Positions 45,342 to 56,141 of a stretch of 64,000 bases of DNA are shown piece after piece. The number at the start of each line of letters is the position of its first letter. The stretch's first letter is position 1. Source of the DNA: Candidatus Dadabacteria bacterium (GTDB taxonomy: Bacteria; Desulfobacterota_D; UBA1144; Nemesobacterales; CSP1-2). The notes below the pieces were generated by a model. The model was not told the origin of the DNA, did no database searches, and saw nothing but the letters and a program-made list of their open reading frames with translations. The DNA lies in contig CAWDVW010000002.1 of assembly GCA_963805855.1 (NCBI GenBank), positions 576,001 through 640,000 on the forward strand. The letters are read 5' to 3'. The position numbers and the translations under genes were made by a program.

Positions 45342-46445
45342 TCAAATTCTCCACCCGCCATAATAGAATAAGGCCTTCTCATTCCCCAGGATCCCTGAAG
45401 CGTAGTTAAGCCCTACTTCTGGATCAAACGGCATCATGTCAGAACCAAAGATAATACTAGCATTCATTTCATCCAGCATCTTTAGTGGATTTATACTACA
45501 AGCCCTCTCATCTCCCAATGCCTTCTGGTAAGTCTTCATGAATACTACATTAAAGTTAGGTTGTACGCAGAGAGTAACACACATTTCGTTGAGCCTCTTG
45601 ACCTGGTCAGCGTTTATCATCTCAGCATGTTCTATCCTATGTCCTTTTAGCTTAACGTTTGCCATTTCAAAGGAATTTACGGCAGCTTCAATGGCTCCAT
45701 CACCTATCGCATGCATCGAAATTCTCAACCCCTCTTTTTCAAGTCCAGAAACTATGGATATCAGTCGCTTTTCAGAGACTAAAAGATTACCCCTACTCAC
45801 CCTGTCGCAATAATCTTGTTTCAGATAGGCCGTCCTAGCGCCGATAGAGCCGTCAACAAATACCTTTACCCAGCCAAGCTGTATTGACTCGTCCTCTCCA
45901 TAAATGTCAAATAGCTCTAGAATCCGTTCATAATCTTCGTAGTAAGGCATTAAAACGACGTTCAACTGTAATTCTCCCTCTTCCCTTATCATAAAATATG
46001 TACGAGCAATGTTATAATCGACGAAATCATGGACTTCCATAATCCCTCTTGAAAGAGCCTCCCTCTGCGCCTGGAGCAACGGTCTCGTTATATCCTTTGG
46101 CTTCAGTGAAGAGGCAAGATGCCTGAGTAATCCCTCAAAAACATATCCCTTCTCTACATCAAAATTGTGGGATGGTTTCAAATTAAAATCTTCTATTACT
46201 CGATCGTTTATCACTCCAACATGTCCGTCTATTCGTATAAGAACTACGGGGAAAGGAAATCCATTGATGTCAACTTTTGTTATGTTCTCGCCCAGCGACT
46301 CCTCGTCCCAGCCCCAGGCAATTACAGGCTTATCCACCGCGCTTTGAATCATACCTATAAGATCCTTTTTGCTCCTGGCGTTTTCTATAGGAACAGTTTT
46401 AAGCGCAAATAGTTCTAAATGGGTATGTGCATCAACAAATTTCAC
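45342..46445 (-). CDS. Amidohydrolase family 3 (YtcJ-like)
   Basis: DAHTH, KVFVDGSIGARTA, HAIGD, HRIEHA, GSD. Confidence 0.88.
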   Translation of the reverse strand: MKFVDAHTHLELFALKTVPIENARSKKDLIGMIQSAVDKPVIAWGWDEESLGENITKVDINGFPFPVVLIRIDGHVGVINDRVIEDFNLKPSHNFDVEKGYVFEGLLRHLASSLKPKDITRPLLQAQREALSRGIMEVHDFVDYNIARTYFMIREEGELQLNVVLMPYYEDYERILELFDIYGEDESIQLGWVKVFVDGSIGARTAYLKQDYCDRVSRGNLLVSEKRLISIVSGLEKEGLRISMHAIGDGAIEAAVNSFEMANVKLKGHRIEHAEMINADQVKRLNEMCVTLCVQPNFNVVFMKTYQKALGDERACSINPLKMLDEMNASIIFGSDMMPFDPEVGLNYASGILGNEKALFYYGGWRI

Positions 46446-46666
46446 AAACTAAAATATAGCCGATAATGAATCTCTCCGCAGCGAGTTCCAGGCTACCATA
46501 TTAGAAATTCAAAGTCTCAGATGTCAATTTTGGAACCCTGATCGAGGGATTCGTGATCTACCCTGCGGCATGATCGTTCATTTAAGACGTGTAGCCATCA
46601 ATCCCTGCCCCCCAAGCGGGTAGCCCACCAGGCTTGCTGGTGGGATAATTCAATGTCTAATGTTCG

Positions 46667-46973
46667 TTTTTAACTTCTTTGTCTTGATACTGAAACGAGT
46701 TCAGCACAGGTACAAAGAAGCAAAAATCAAGGCTACCCAAAAACGCGTGCGTATCGAGCGAATGCGAGATATCTATTAATATAATTAATTAGTTCTCTCA
46801 GTCACTTTGTTCCTTCGAGATGACACTAATGTGTCATTTTCTATACGTCTCCGTTTCTGATTTTTTCAACGCAATTTCTGGAAGGCCATTTAAGTCCTTT
46901 TCATTCGGAAAAGGATTAATGAAAATTAATCTATTCACCGAATTGTAAGAATCTTGTCCCCGAATTATCTACC
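46667..46973 (-). repeat. Composite intergenic repeat, inverted copy with nested 23-bp insert
   Basis: 46720-46825 nearly identical to 12688-12795; ends TGTCCCCGAATTATCTA. Confidence 0.8.
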
Positions 46974-47234
46974 AGAAACAAGTGGAGGACTAAAGTCCTC
47001 CTCTACATTATCAATCATCAAAATGTAGCGGCGACCTTTAGGTCGCCATCATCCTACCTGCTGGCAATGCTAAGAATTCCCCCGTCATGACAAAAACATT
47101 AATTCGCGACCAAAATGGTATAGCCAATTCATTATGATATAATGCTTTTTTAGAAGCAGTTTAATTTCGAATTGACATGAGCAAACATATCGCTAAACAA
47201 TTCAACGGAGTGGAAAAACCAATTTAGAGAGAGG

Positions 47235-48665
47235 TTGTTTCAAATTTTAGGCAAAGAAGGACTAATCTCCTCTCCCGATGAGCTGATCGCCTACGAGTGT
47301 GACGCGCTTACAGCATACAGCATTAAGCCAATATTTGTAGTCCTTCCAAGATCAACAGAGGAGATTTCCGAGGTTATAAAATTATGCAATAAAGAGAAAA
47401 TACCATTTGTTCCAAGGGGTGCGGGAACAGGCCTCTCGGGGGGCGCACTTCCAACCGAAGAGGGAATAGTTATATCTCTAACACGTATGAATCGGATATT
47501 AGAGATTGACATTGAAAATCAGCGAGTGGTTGTCGAGCCCGGGGTTATAAACGCATGGGTTACTGACGCCGTAAGCAGTAGTGGATACTACTATGCCCCG
47601 GATCCATCCAGCCAGATTGTGTGTACTGTCGGGGGAAACGTGGCCGAAAACTCGGGGGGTGTCCACTGCTTAAAATATGGTGTTACTACGAATCATGTTC
47701 TGGGATTGGAGGTAGTCCTCCCAAATGGCGAAATTGTCGAGCTAGGCGGCAAAACCGCGGATAGGCCTGGCTATGATATCGTCGGGCTTCTGGTAGGCTC
47801 GGAAGGATTACTGGGAATTGTCACCAAGGTCATTTTACGAATAATTAGAAAGCCAGAATCGATCAAAACATTTCTTGCTGCTTTCGATAAAATCGAAGAC
47901 GCCGGTGGCGCCGTTTCCGGAATCACGGCGAAGGGAATAATACCTGCTGGCATGGAAATCATGGATTACTTCAGCATCAAAGCTGTTAATATGGCTATTC
48001 AGGCCGGCTATCCAGATGATGCGGGAGCGATACTCCTGGTGGAGCTAGACGGACCTATTGATGAGATCGAAGCCGGGATTCCACTTGTGCTGGAAGTACT
48101 AAAGGAAAACAACGCAAAAGAGATAAGGATTGCAAAGGACGACGAAGAAAGAGCCTTATTTTGGAAGGGCAGAAAAAGCGCGTTCGCGGCCATGGGCAGG
48201 ATTAGCCCGGATTATTATGTACAAGACGGTGTTATTCCTAGGAGTAAACTTCCCCAAGTGCTTAGAGAGATTAACGTTCTAAGTAAAGAATATGGACTCC
48301 GGGTCGCAAATGTCTTTCATGCCGGAGACGGCAACCTCCATCCCCTCATCCTTTACAATTCGTCTGTAACGGGAGAAACTGAGAAAACCGGAGAGTTGGC
48401 TGGCGATATTTTAAAGGTCTGCGTTGATGCTGGTGGAAGCATAACCGGCGAACACGGAGTCGGATACGACAAAAAACGGTTTATCCCCAGCATGTTCAAT
48501 GAAAATGATTTGGACACTATGAATCTTGTACGATGCAGCTTCGACCCCAACGGACTCTGTAACCCGGGAAAGCTATTCCCAACGCCCCGCACATGCGTCG
48601 AACAAGGAGGTCAAGCCTATGAAATACATCCAATACAAAAAGCGGGAATGGGTGAGATGTACTGA
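47235..48665 (+). CDS. glcD: Glycolate oxidase FAD-linked subunit
   Basis: PRGAGTGLSGG, APDPSSQ, HCLKYG, FHAGDGNLHP, GEHGVG; true start may lie near 47177. Confidence 0.92.
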   Translation: MFQILGKEGLISSPDELIAYECDALTAYSIKPIFVVLPRSTEEISEVIKLCNKEKIPFVPRGAGTGLSGGALPTEEGIVISLTRMNRILEIDIENQRVVVEPGVINAWVTDAVSSSGYYYAPDPSSQIVCTVGGNVAENSGGVHCLKYGVTTNHVLGLEVVLPNGEIVELGGKTADRPGYDIVGLLVGSEGLLGIVTKVILRIIRKPESIKTFLAAFDKIEDAGGAVSGITAKGIIPAGMEIMDYFSIKAVNMAIQAGYPDDAGAILLVELDGPIDEIEAGIPLVLEVLKENNAKEIRIAKDDEERALFWKGRKSAFAAMGRISPDYYVQDGVIPRSKLPQVLREINVLSKEYGLRVANVFHAGDGNLHPLILYNSSVTGETEKTGELAGDILKVCVDAGGSITGEHGVGYDKKRFIPSMFNENDLDTMNLVRCSFDPNGLCNPGKLFPTPRTCVEQGGQAYEIHPIQKAGMGEMY

Positions 48666-48710
48666 AAGCTTCTTTATTTCAAAACAATCCAAAAATTTCT
48701 TCAATAATTC

Positions 48711-50057
48711 ATGTCAGATTCAATCAAAGAAATATACAACATAGTTGGCAGCAGTAATATTTTCGACGAATCACAGGAGCTTGAAAACTATTCAGTTGAA
48801 GGCAAGGCACCTAGAATCGTCGTGTCCCCAAACACGAAAGAAGAAATCTCTGAAATCTTGAAGATCGCCAATCGAGAGTCGCTATCAGTAATACCGTGGG
48901 GCGGCGGTACAAAAATCGGTATCGGTAATAAGCCGAATAGGGCGGATATCATATTAAGTACAAATAGACTCAACCGAATCATTGAACATAGTGACTCCGA
49001 CCTTGTTGCCACTACAGAGTGTGGCATCAAATTAACTGAGTTCCAGACAGCCCTGAAGGAAAAGAATCAATCACTTCCGATCGACCCCCCACATGTGGAA
49101 CGAGGGGCCACAATCGGAGGAATAATAGCCACCAGTGACAGTGGCCCAAGAAGGCTCAGATACGGGACAGCGCATGGAACAATGAGAGAGCTCGTATTAG
49201 GGGTAAAGATTATTCGTCCGGATGGTGAGATAGCTAAGGCCGGCGCCAAAGTTGTGAAAAGCGTAGCTGGGTACGATATACCGAAACTCTTCGTTGGTTC
49301 TCTCGGTACACTTGGCATAATTATCGAAGCAACTTTAAGACTTTACACAATTCCGGAGCATTCTCTGTCCTGCCTTGCCAGCTTTTCCTCGATTCAGACA
49401 GCCCATGCGACAGCCCTTTCGATCTTAAACTCCTCTCTTACGCCCACATGCCTAGAATTAGTTAATTTGTCTCTATCGGAGTCTCTATCCACAAAGCTAG
49501 AACTAAACCTAAAAAAAAATGCATATATCCTGGCGATAAGATTTGAAAGTGTTGAAAAGGCTGTAAAGAATCAGGCAGCTAAATTAAAGGAAATATCCTC
49601 TAACTACAAAGGCCAGGCATTGATTGTTGAAGGCGATATTGAGGAAAAATTTTGGTATGAAATCACAGAATTTCCTTGGATCAAAGATAAAAACAATACA
49701 GTCGTTTGTAAGACGAGCGTTCTTATTAAAGATGTACCGATACTTTTGGAGAAATTAGAAGATCTTTCAAAAAAAACCGGAATCGAAATTCTTGCATCGG
49801 CGCGTGCCGGAAACGGTGTTTTAATAATATCCCTCGACGGCGATACCCCTAACTTACTTCCGGCCACGAGATCACTTCGGGAACAGGTAAGCTCCTTAAA
49901 TGGAAATATGGTTATTCAACACGCTCCACCTTCAATCAAATCCGAGATTGATGTCTGGGGCGAAATTGGGTCGTCCCTGGAATTAATGAAAAGGTTAAAA
50001 TCTCAATTCGACCCAAACGGGATAATGAACCCCGGAAGATTTGTAGGTGGGATCTAG
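48711..50057 (+). CDS. glcE: Glycolate oxidase FAD-binding subunit
   Basis: GGGTK, GPRRLRYG, VVKSVAGYD, FDPNGIMNPGRF. Confidence 0.88.
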   Translation: MSDSIKEIYNIVGSSNIFDESQELENYSVEGKAPRIVVSPNTKEEISEILKIANRESLSVIPWGGGTKIGIGNKPNRADIILSTNRLNRIIEHSDSDLVATTECGIKLTEFQTALKEKNQSLPIDPPHVERGATIGGIIATSDSGPRRLRYGTAHGTMRELVLGVKIIRPDGEIAKAGAKVVKSVAGYDIPKLFVGSLGTLGIIIEATLRLYTIPEHSLSCLASFSSIQTAHATALSILNSSLTPTCLELVNLSLSESLSTKLELNLKKNAYILAIRFESVEKAVKNQAAKLKEISSNYKGQALIVEGDIEEKFWYEITEFPWIKDKNNTVVCKTSVLIKDVPILLEKLEDLSKKTGIEILASARAGNGVLIISLDGDTPNLLPATRSLREQVSSLNGNMVIQHAPPSIKSEIDVWGEIGSSLELMKRLKSQFDPNGIMNPGRFVGGI

Positions 50058-50828
50058 ATGATTAGGAGAGAACAAAAGGAAGGCTGGTTTCTAATAAATC
50101 AACATGACCATGCAGCCCTTTCGGGACAGATCATGAATTACTGGGGCAATGAAGCCTTTGAACCGCCCGACCCCCAGGATGAAGTCCTTTTTGCAATCAC
50201 CGAACACGATAACGGGTGGAGGGAGTGGGATTCTTCCCCAAGGATTAACAGTCAAACCCGATACCCAATGAATTTCATGGAGATGGACTTTCCTGACCAG
50301 AAGGCTATATGGTCCAGAAGTTTCAGGAGATTTTCCGAGGATCACCACTATGCTTCAGCGTTAATAGCACTTCATTTCAGGGTCTTCAACCAAAAAATAA
50401 TTGACAAAGACGAGGGTAACAGTGAAGCCAGGAGGCTAAATTTTGAAATGAATAAATTCATAGCTAATTCCCTGAATCTGGAATTCTCAAATTCTGGCTT
50501 GCCCCCTCTTCCAAAAAAGGCAAAAATAAATCTAAGGCTAGTGCAGGTCGGCGACATAATCTCTTTGGCTCTCTGCCATGGATGGCCTTCAATCGACATT
50601 GACGCAGCGCCTCTTAACTATGAGGGAACAGCTCTTAAGCTGAAATTGACATCCAGCGATGGTAAAAATTATATAATTAACCCTTACCCATTTTCTCAAG
50701 ATAAACTAAGATTTCAGATAATTGGTAGAAAACTAGGTCAAAAACAATTTAACGGTGATGACGAACTACGGCAATTATTAAATGAATCCAATTTCGAAAC
50801 TCTTGAAGTATCAATCAAGAGTGAATGA
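50058..50828 (+). CDS. DUF3891 family protein
   Basis: LINQHDHAALSGQ, EHDNGW, D.ISLALC, PYPF. Confidence 0.8.
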   Translation: MIRREQKEGWFLINQHDHAALSGQIMNYWGNEAFEPPDPQDEVLFAITEHDNGWREWDSSPRINSQTRYPMNFMEMDFPDQKAIWSRSFRRFSEDHHYASALIALHFRVFNQKIIDKDEGNSEARRLNFEMNKFIANSLNLEFSNSGLPPLPKKAKINLRLVQVGDIISLALCHGWPSIDIDAAPLNYEGTALKLKLTSSDGKNYIINPYPFSQDKLRFQIIGRKLGQKQFNGDDELRQLLNESNFETLEVSIKSE

Positions 50829-52161
50829 GAATAAAATGGAAGAAGAGACTGCAACATTTCGGGCGTTTGATGAAATAGACAGACCCAGTCCTGACCTGGT
50901 TAAGGACTGCGTTCACTGTGGATTTTGCCTGTCGGCGTGTCCTACCTATCTGGAAACCGGAAATGAACTGGATTCGCCACGAGGGAGAATCTACCTTATG
51001 AAATCGGCTTTAGAGGGCAAAATACCTATGGGTGGCTCTCTTGTAAAACACCTGGATATGTGTCTCGGATGCATAGCCTGTGAACCGGCCTGTCCTTCGG
51101 GTGTGCAATATTCAAGGCTTATAGAATCAGCTAGGTCTCAGATAGAAAGACGCTATGAAAGACCATTTTCAGACAAGCTTCACCGATCGCTAATCTTTTC
51201 TATTTTCCCCTACTCCAGAAGACTACGACTACTTCTTCCATTACTTTACTTTTATCAGGCGAGCGGACTTAAACATTTGATTCGTAAATCGGGAATAGTC
51301 CGGAGGCTTTCGAAAACGCTTTCAAAAATGGATGACATGCTGCCAACTATCAAATCTAGAGCGCTATTCCCTTCTATGCCAAATGTTGTACATGCAAAGG
51401 GGAAGAAGCGTCATAGAGTCGCACTCCTCACCGGCTGCGTCCAGAGTGTATTATTCCCCGAGACGAATGATGCAACGGTCAGGGTCTTATCTGAAAACGG
51501 TTGCGAGGTCATAGTATCCCGAAATCAGGGATGTTGCGGGGCACTCTCTCTTCATTCAGGAAGATTGTCAGAGGCAAGAGATTTTGCGCGAGCAAACATA
51601 AATATCTTTGAAAGATCAGATTGCGATGCGATTATAGTAAACTCCGCGGGCTGTGGTTCTGCTATGAAAGAATATCGACAGCTTCTCATAGAAGACGAAT
51701 CATACGCAGAACGCGCCGAAAGGATAAGCAACAAAACAAAAGACATAATGGAGTTTTTGGACGAAATAGGGCTGCGTGGTGAACTAAGAGAAGTAAAATG
51801 CCGGGTTACTTACCAGGATGCTTGTCATATCGCCCAGGCTCAGAGGATAAAATCACAGCCGAGAAACATCATCAAGAAGATACCCGGAGTTGAATTCGTC
51901 GAACTTCCGGAATCGGAGCTCTGCTGTGGAAGCGCAGGCATATATAACATGGTAGAGCCTGAGATGTCGGGAAGGTTACTCGATAGAAAGATCCGCAATT
52001 TAAGGGAAACCGAAGCGGACCTACTAGTTGCGGGAAACCCCGGTTGTTTACTCCAGATTCAAATGGGAATAAAACAAAACGGACTGAAGATTAAGACCGC
52101 CCACCCGATTGAGCTCTTGGATTGGGCGTATAGCGGTATTCCACCTGGCTCAGATAGTTAA
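50821..52161 (+). CDS. glcF: Glycolate oxidase Fe-S subunit
   Basis: CVHCGFCLSACPTY, CLGCIACEPACPSG, two CCG domains; start GTG 50821 or ATG 50836. Confidence 0.92.
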   Translation: MNENKMEEETATFRAFDEIDRPSPDLVKDCVHCGFCLSACPTYLETGNELDSPRGRIYLMKSALEGKIPMGGSLVKHLDMCLGCIACEPACPSGVQYSRLIESARSQIERRYERPFSDKLHRSLIFSIFPYSRRLRLLLPLLYFYQASGLKHLIRKSGIVRRLSKTLSKMDDMLPTIKSRALFPSMPNVVHAKGKKRHRVALLTGCVQSVLFPETNDATVRVLSENGCEVIVSRNQGCCGALSLHSGRLSEARDFARANINIFERSDCDAIIVNSAGCGSAMKEYRQLLIEDESYAERAERISNKTKDIMEFLDEIGLRGELREVKCRVTYQDACHIAQAQRIKSQPRNIIKKIPGVEFVELPESELCCGSAGIYNMVEPEMSGRLLDRKIRNLRETEADLLVAGNPGCLLQIQMGIKQNGLKIKTAHPIELLDWAYSGIPPGSDS

Positions 52162-52621
52162 AAAACTATCCGAATTTAACACACTTAAACAAACTCCATT
52201 TAGTAGGTCACTATAGATATCCCAAGATATCCCAATTTAGAAGAAGAGCACTCAGTCGTTGCCGAAAAGTCCTTCAACTTCGCCCTGAATTAGATCAAGG
52301 AAAAAGCTGTTTCTTCGCACCAACGGCTATGACAAAACCAATCGTCATTTCGACTGTAAGGAGAAATCTTTGTGTAAAATGGAGTGAAAAATGGTTAGGA
52401 ATACTCAAACTACATTCGTTATATCCAGTGATGAGGCGGAGGACATGCTTAAGAATGGAAAGAAATTCATGGAGAAAATGGTTCATTACTTAAAGAATTA
52501 AAGACAATTATGCATAATCAGAGCTTGGTGAAGATCGTTCCGTGATTTCCACAAGTATCTAGGGTGGACAAATTATGTCCGAAATTAAAAGTAATCTTAG
52601 TTTAAAAAGAGGTTAAATACC

Positions 52622-52801
52622 ATGAAATCAAAAAACAGAATAGTTTATTCCATTGATGTCGAAGACTTGCAAAGCGTCGCTGATCAGGAATTGGACAGAG
52701 AGCTTACAGACAAAGAAACAGAATTTATTGAAAATCGACTGGGAGATTATGTCGATTGGTATGGAGCGATTGCTTCGGCAATAGGTGATCTGAAGACGTA
52801 A
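52622..52801 (+). CDS. Small acidic hypothetical protein (59 aa, below ORF-track cutoff)
   Basis: GAGGT RBS; MKSKNRIVYSIDVEDLQSVADQELDRELTDKETEFIENRLGDYVDWYGAIASAIGDLKT. Confidence 0.65.
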   Translation: MKSKNRIVYSIDVEDLQSVADQELDRELTDKETEFIENRLGDYVDWYGAIASAIGDLKT

Positions 52802-52860
52802 AAATCGAGCATATAATCTTCCCTTACTCTGATCACTTGTATAAGGTCAGCAGAACTCTC

Positions 52861-53268
52861 CTACCCTTTCAAATTTTTCTGTATTTTTGATAAGATAAAT
52901 CTGGAAAGTTCTTCGTCCCCGAAAGTGCCGACTCTGATCGTAATTTCCGTAATATTGTCGCCTACCCTTTTAAGGCTTATTCGCACCTTCTTGTTATCGG
53001 CCGTCATCGCTTCGAGTTTTCCAGCGGTTACGTCGCTATATTTGTCGGTTACCACCAGTTGCATCTGATCGACTGCTTTTTCCGTAGCCTTCCATACTTT
53101 AGGCACATTATAAGCCTCGGTAGCCTTCAATTCCCCCTTGATGTACGCTATCGTTCCGGCACCTGCTGCCGCACCTGCTGCTCCTCCAACAGCAGCAGCA
53201 ACACAACCGTTATTAATAAGTGGAATAATTCCAAGCAATGCTATTAGTAGCCATTTCTTCGACTTCAT
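52861..53268 (-). CDS. DUF3568 family lipoprotein
   Basis: AGGAGG RBS; INNGC lipobox, AAVGGAAGAAAG, IRVGTFGDE. Confidence 0.85.
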   Translation of the reverse strand: MKSKKWLLIALLGIIPLINNGCVAAAVGGAAGAAAGAGTIAYIKGELKATEAYNVPKVWKATEKAVDQMQLVVTDKYSDVTAGKLEAMTADNKKVRISLKRVGDNITEITIRVGTFGDEELSRFILSKIQKNLKG

Positions 53269-54073
53269 TAATTCCCTCCTTTCGGTAGAAATGATATACA
53301 TTCACTGTGTACAATTGAACAAGAGACGTGACGTGAAATTCTGGATAATGATAATCTCTTTACTCCCTCGATGTCAAATCTGGTATGTGTATATTTGAAA
53401 TCAATAAAAAACCCTCCAACAATGAGTATCAGCGCATGAACACATGGTCTCTCGAGTCATTGCGAGCAGCCCAAGGGGACGAGGAATCTAAAAAGGGAAG
53501 CGATCGCTTCAATTTGTTTCGCAAATTTCGCAATGGCGCGACTGATGTTCATTCTTTCACCGGCATTCCAAAAATTGTGTTAAGAAAATCGCAATTGCTA
53601 TTGTCATCTCGAAGGAATACTTCGAAGTAGCTCGGTACAGGCTCCGTGAGAAATCCATTTTCCGACCGCCTTTTGTCATTTCGAATGAATATGAGAAATC
53701 TTTCCTTTGTTTTTTGCATTTACCAACTCAACTACTAGATCTCTCACATCCGTTCGAGATGACATGTTGCGTAGGTTCGATATGACAGGGTTTGGACAGC
53801 CTAGTCCTGAGCGCCGTCGAAGGATTGCTTCTTTGTACCTGTGCTGAACCATGTCGTGACGTTAGGTCAGCATCTATTCAGTACCAAGACAAAGAAGATA
53901 AAACGCTAAGCGACTGATTTCGCTAGTACAAGTCAGATTCTCTTACCAGTATTCTAAGTAACAAAATCCGATCCCGACGCAAGCCCTTAATTACATCAAA
54001 CTTAACTCAAGGTAACATAATCGATGCAGCTCTATTTAAATAAGGTCGACAACTACGATATATACATCAAATA

Positions 54074-54952
54074 TTGGAACGAAGAGAAATGAATACGATT
54101 ACACTCCTTTCACCAGCCAAAGTCAATCTAACCCTCGAAGTTCTGGGCAAAAGGCCCGATGGTTATCATGAAATCAGGTCGATAATGCAGCCAGTCGATT
54201 TATTTGACGAGGTTAAAATCGATGTGCTAGATGGTAAAGGAATAGCTATTGAAACAAAGGGACCTAAGATCCCAGCCGGAAACCGCAACCTGGCCTGGAA
54301 AGCGGCAGACATCTTTATTAAACAATCTGGCCTAAGAGCAAAGGTTAAAATTTTTATCAAAAAGTTAATTCCAGCGGGAGCGGGGCTCGGCGGTGGAAGC
54401 TCTAACGCAGCCAGTGTCCTGGTGGGCTTAAACAAAATAACAGAAAAACTGAGCCAAAATGATTTAATGGATATTTCGCCAAAAATCGGAGCCGACGTTG
54501 CCTTTTTTATAGGTTGCAGGAGTGCAGTTGCCGAGGGAATCGGAGAAAAAATCACCACGATAAGAGATTTACCCCTCTTTAATTATATTCTCGTCAATCC
54601 CGGATTCGAAGTCTCGACCCGGGATATCTACAAACACTGGGATAGGTTTCAAACAGGGGCAAAAAAACTAGAAAGCTTAGGAGAAACTATAATCATTTTC
54701 AGAAAGGGAGAATTTCCCTTGCGAAATGATTTGGAGCAAGCCGCTATCGATCTTTACCCTGAGATAAAAGCCCTAAAGGAGTTATTGTTCAGCCTGGGGA
54801 TTGAAGACGTGTCAATGACCGGAAGCGGACCAACCGTATTCGCAGTTTTCAAAGGGGAGAAGGAGGGATTAGACATCTATAATTACCTGAAAACTAGCAC
54901 GAAATATAAGGTTTTTTACGTGAAGGGAATCTCAGGATGGCACAGGTTGTAA
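54074..54952 (+). CDS. ispE: 4-diphosphocytidyl-2-C-methyl-D-erythritol kinase
   Basis: PAKVNLTL, RPDGYHE, GAGLGGGSSNAA, GADV, MTGSG. Confidence 0.97.
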   Translation: MERREMNTITLLSPAKVNLTLEVLGKRPDGYHEIRSIMQPVDLFDEVKIDVLDGKGIAIETKGPKIPAGNRNLAWKAADIFIKQSGLRAKVKIFIKKLIPAGAGLGGGSSNAASVLVGLNKITEKLSQNDLMDISPKIGADVAFFIGCRSAVAEGIGEKITTIRDLPLFNYILVNPGFEVSTRDIYKHWDRFQTGAKKLESLGETIIIFRKGEFPLRNDLEQAAIDLYPEIKALKELLFSLGIEDVSMTGSGPTVFAVFKGEKEGLDIYNYLKTSTKYKVFYVKGISGWHRL

Positions 54953-55233
54953 TAACCTTAATATCTTAACCTTTCACCCGTTAAGGATTACCCTGCCGTT
55001 TTCGCCACCCAATAGTTGAGGTGACACTCAGCATGATCACCCTTCCACCTTTCGACTAAGCTCAAGCGTCAGTGTGAACGGCTTTACTTTTTCCGAATAT
55101 CCCGAAACATGGTAGAGACGCAAAATCATACGTATATACCTAGAATCTCAAGTTTGCTCGGAAAGTGAAAGCTTGGTAACATAAGAAACGCTTATTTCCC
55201 CAAAATCAATTTACGTTTATAATCAATCACAAA

Positions 55234-55308
55234 TGGGGCGTCGTCTAATTGGCAGGACTCAGGCCTTTGGAGCCTGCTATGGTGGTTCGAGTCCACCCGC
55301 CCCAGCCA
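55234..55308 (+). tRNA. tRNA-Gln (TTG)
   Basis: TGGGGCG/CGCCCCA acceptor stem, CAGGC-CTTTGGA-GCCTG anticodon arm, GGTTCGAGTCC T-arm, encoded CCA; TATAAT at 55218. Confidence 0.97.
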
Positions 55309-55427
55309 AATTGCACTCTAGAATTACACACTTATTTTATATAACGACCACAGTCGGTTAACAACTTATTGCAATAAACTAACAGTTTTCTATTTCGCTC
55401 ATTCAACTTTTTGAGTTTCAAAAATCC

Positions 55428-56120
55428 TTACGACTTGTTTTTAAATAACCTCTCAAACTCTTCTAACAGCTTAAGATGAGTATCAGAATCCGTGGGAGAC
55501 ATGGTATAAAATCTTTTTTCTTCGAGAGGTGTATCAACCCTGGGTTGGATTGAAAAGTAAGTTGGATATAAGGTTATATTATGAGAAATTAAACTAGGAT
55601 CTTTAATTTGATAAGATATATCCGTATAAAATATCATTCCTTTAATATGAGCCGTAGTTAATTTTGATGATAATCCTTCCATCACAGTTTTATTCAAATA
55701 ATTATTAAATTTATCCGCAAATATATTTCTAAAATCCACATCTAAATTCACTGAACATACCGTTTGTTCTATTTTAGTTAATGGCTTAGAACTCCGAAAC
55801 ACTTGATTTTGATCAAACTGAACCACAATTCCTTTAAGAGATTCATAAAAAAGATTCGCTTCTTTAGAGGTTCCGACAAAGGTGAACCATATTCTCTTTG
55901 GTTCGATGCTAAGTGAATCGATTACCTTTATGCTTTTACCTATCTTTGTTTCTCCCCTTAAAAAATTAACCTTGTCCGCTTGTGACGAGTCAACTTCTTT
56001 GATATTAAACGCCTGCCTAATCTTGTTTATTGCAGACTCGGCATTAATGGATCTGAACGGAATAAGGTCGATCGGGAATATCCTATCTTGCGAGACCGTT
56101 AAATCAGTGATATTTTTCAT
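55428..56120 (-). CDS. Hypothetical protein (230 aa), third gene of BrnT/BrnA operon
   Basis: AT-rich ORF 21 nt downstream of antitoxin; no family recognised. Confidence 0.8.
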   Translation of the reverse strand: MKNITDLTVSQDRIFPIDLIPFRSINAESAINKIRQAFNIKEVDSSQADKVNFLRGETKIGKSIKVIDSLSIEPKRIWFTFVGTSKEANLFYESLKGIVVQFDQNQVFRSSKPLTKIEQTVCSVNLDVDFRNIFADKFNNYLNKTVMEGLSSKLTTAHIKGMIFYTDISYQIKDPSLISHNITLYPTYFSIQPRVDTPLEEKRFYTMSPTDSDTHLKLLEEFERLFKNKS

Positions 56121-56141
56121 AATTTATTTTCAAAGCTTGAA

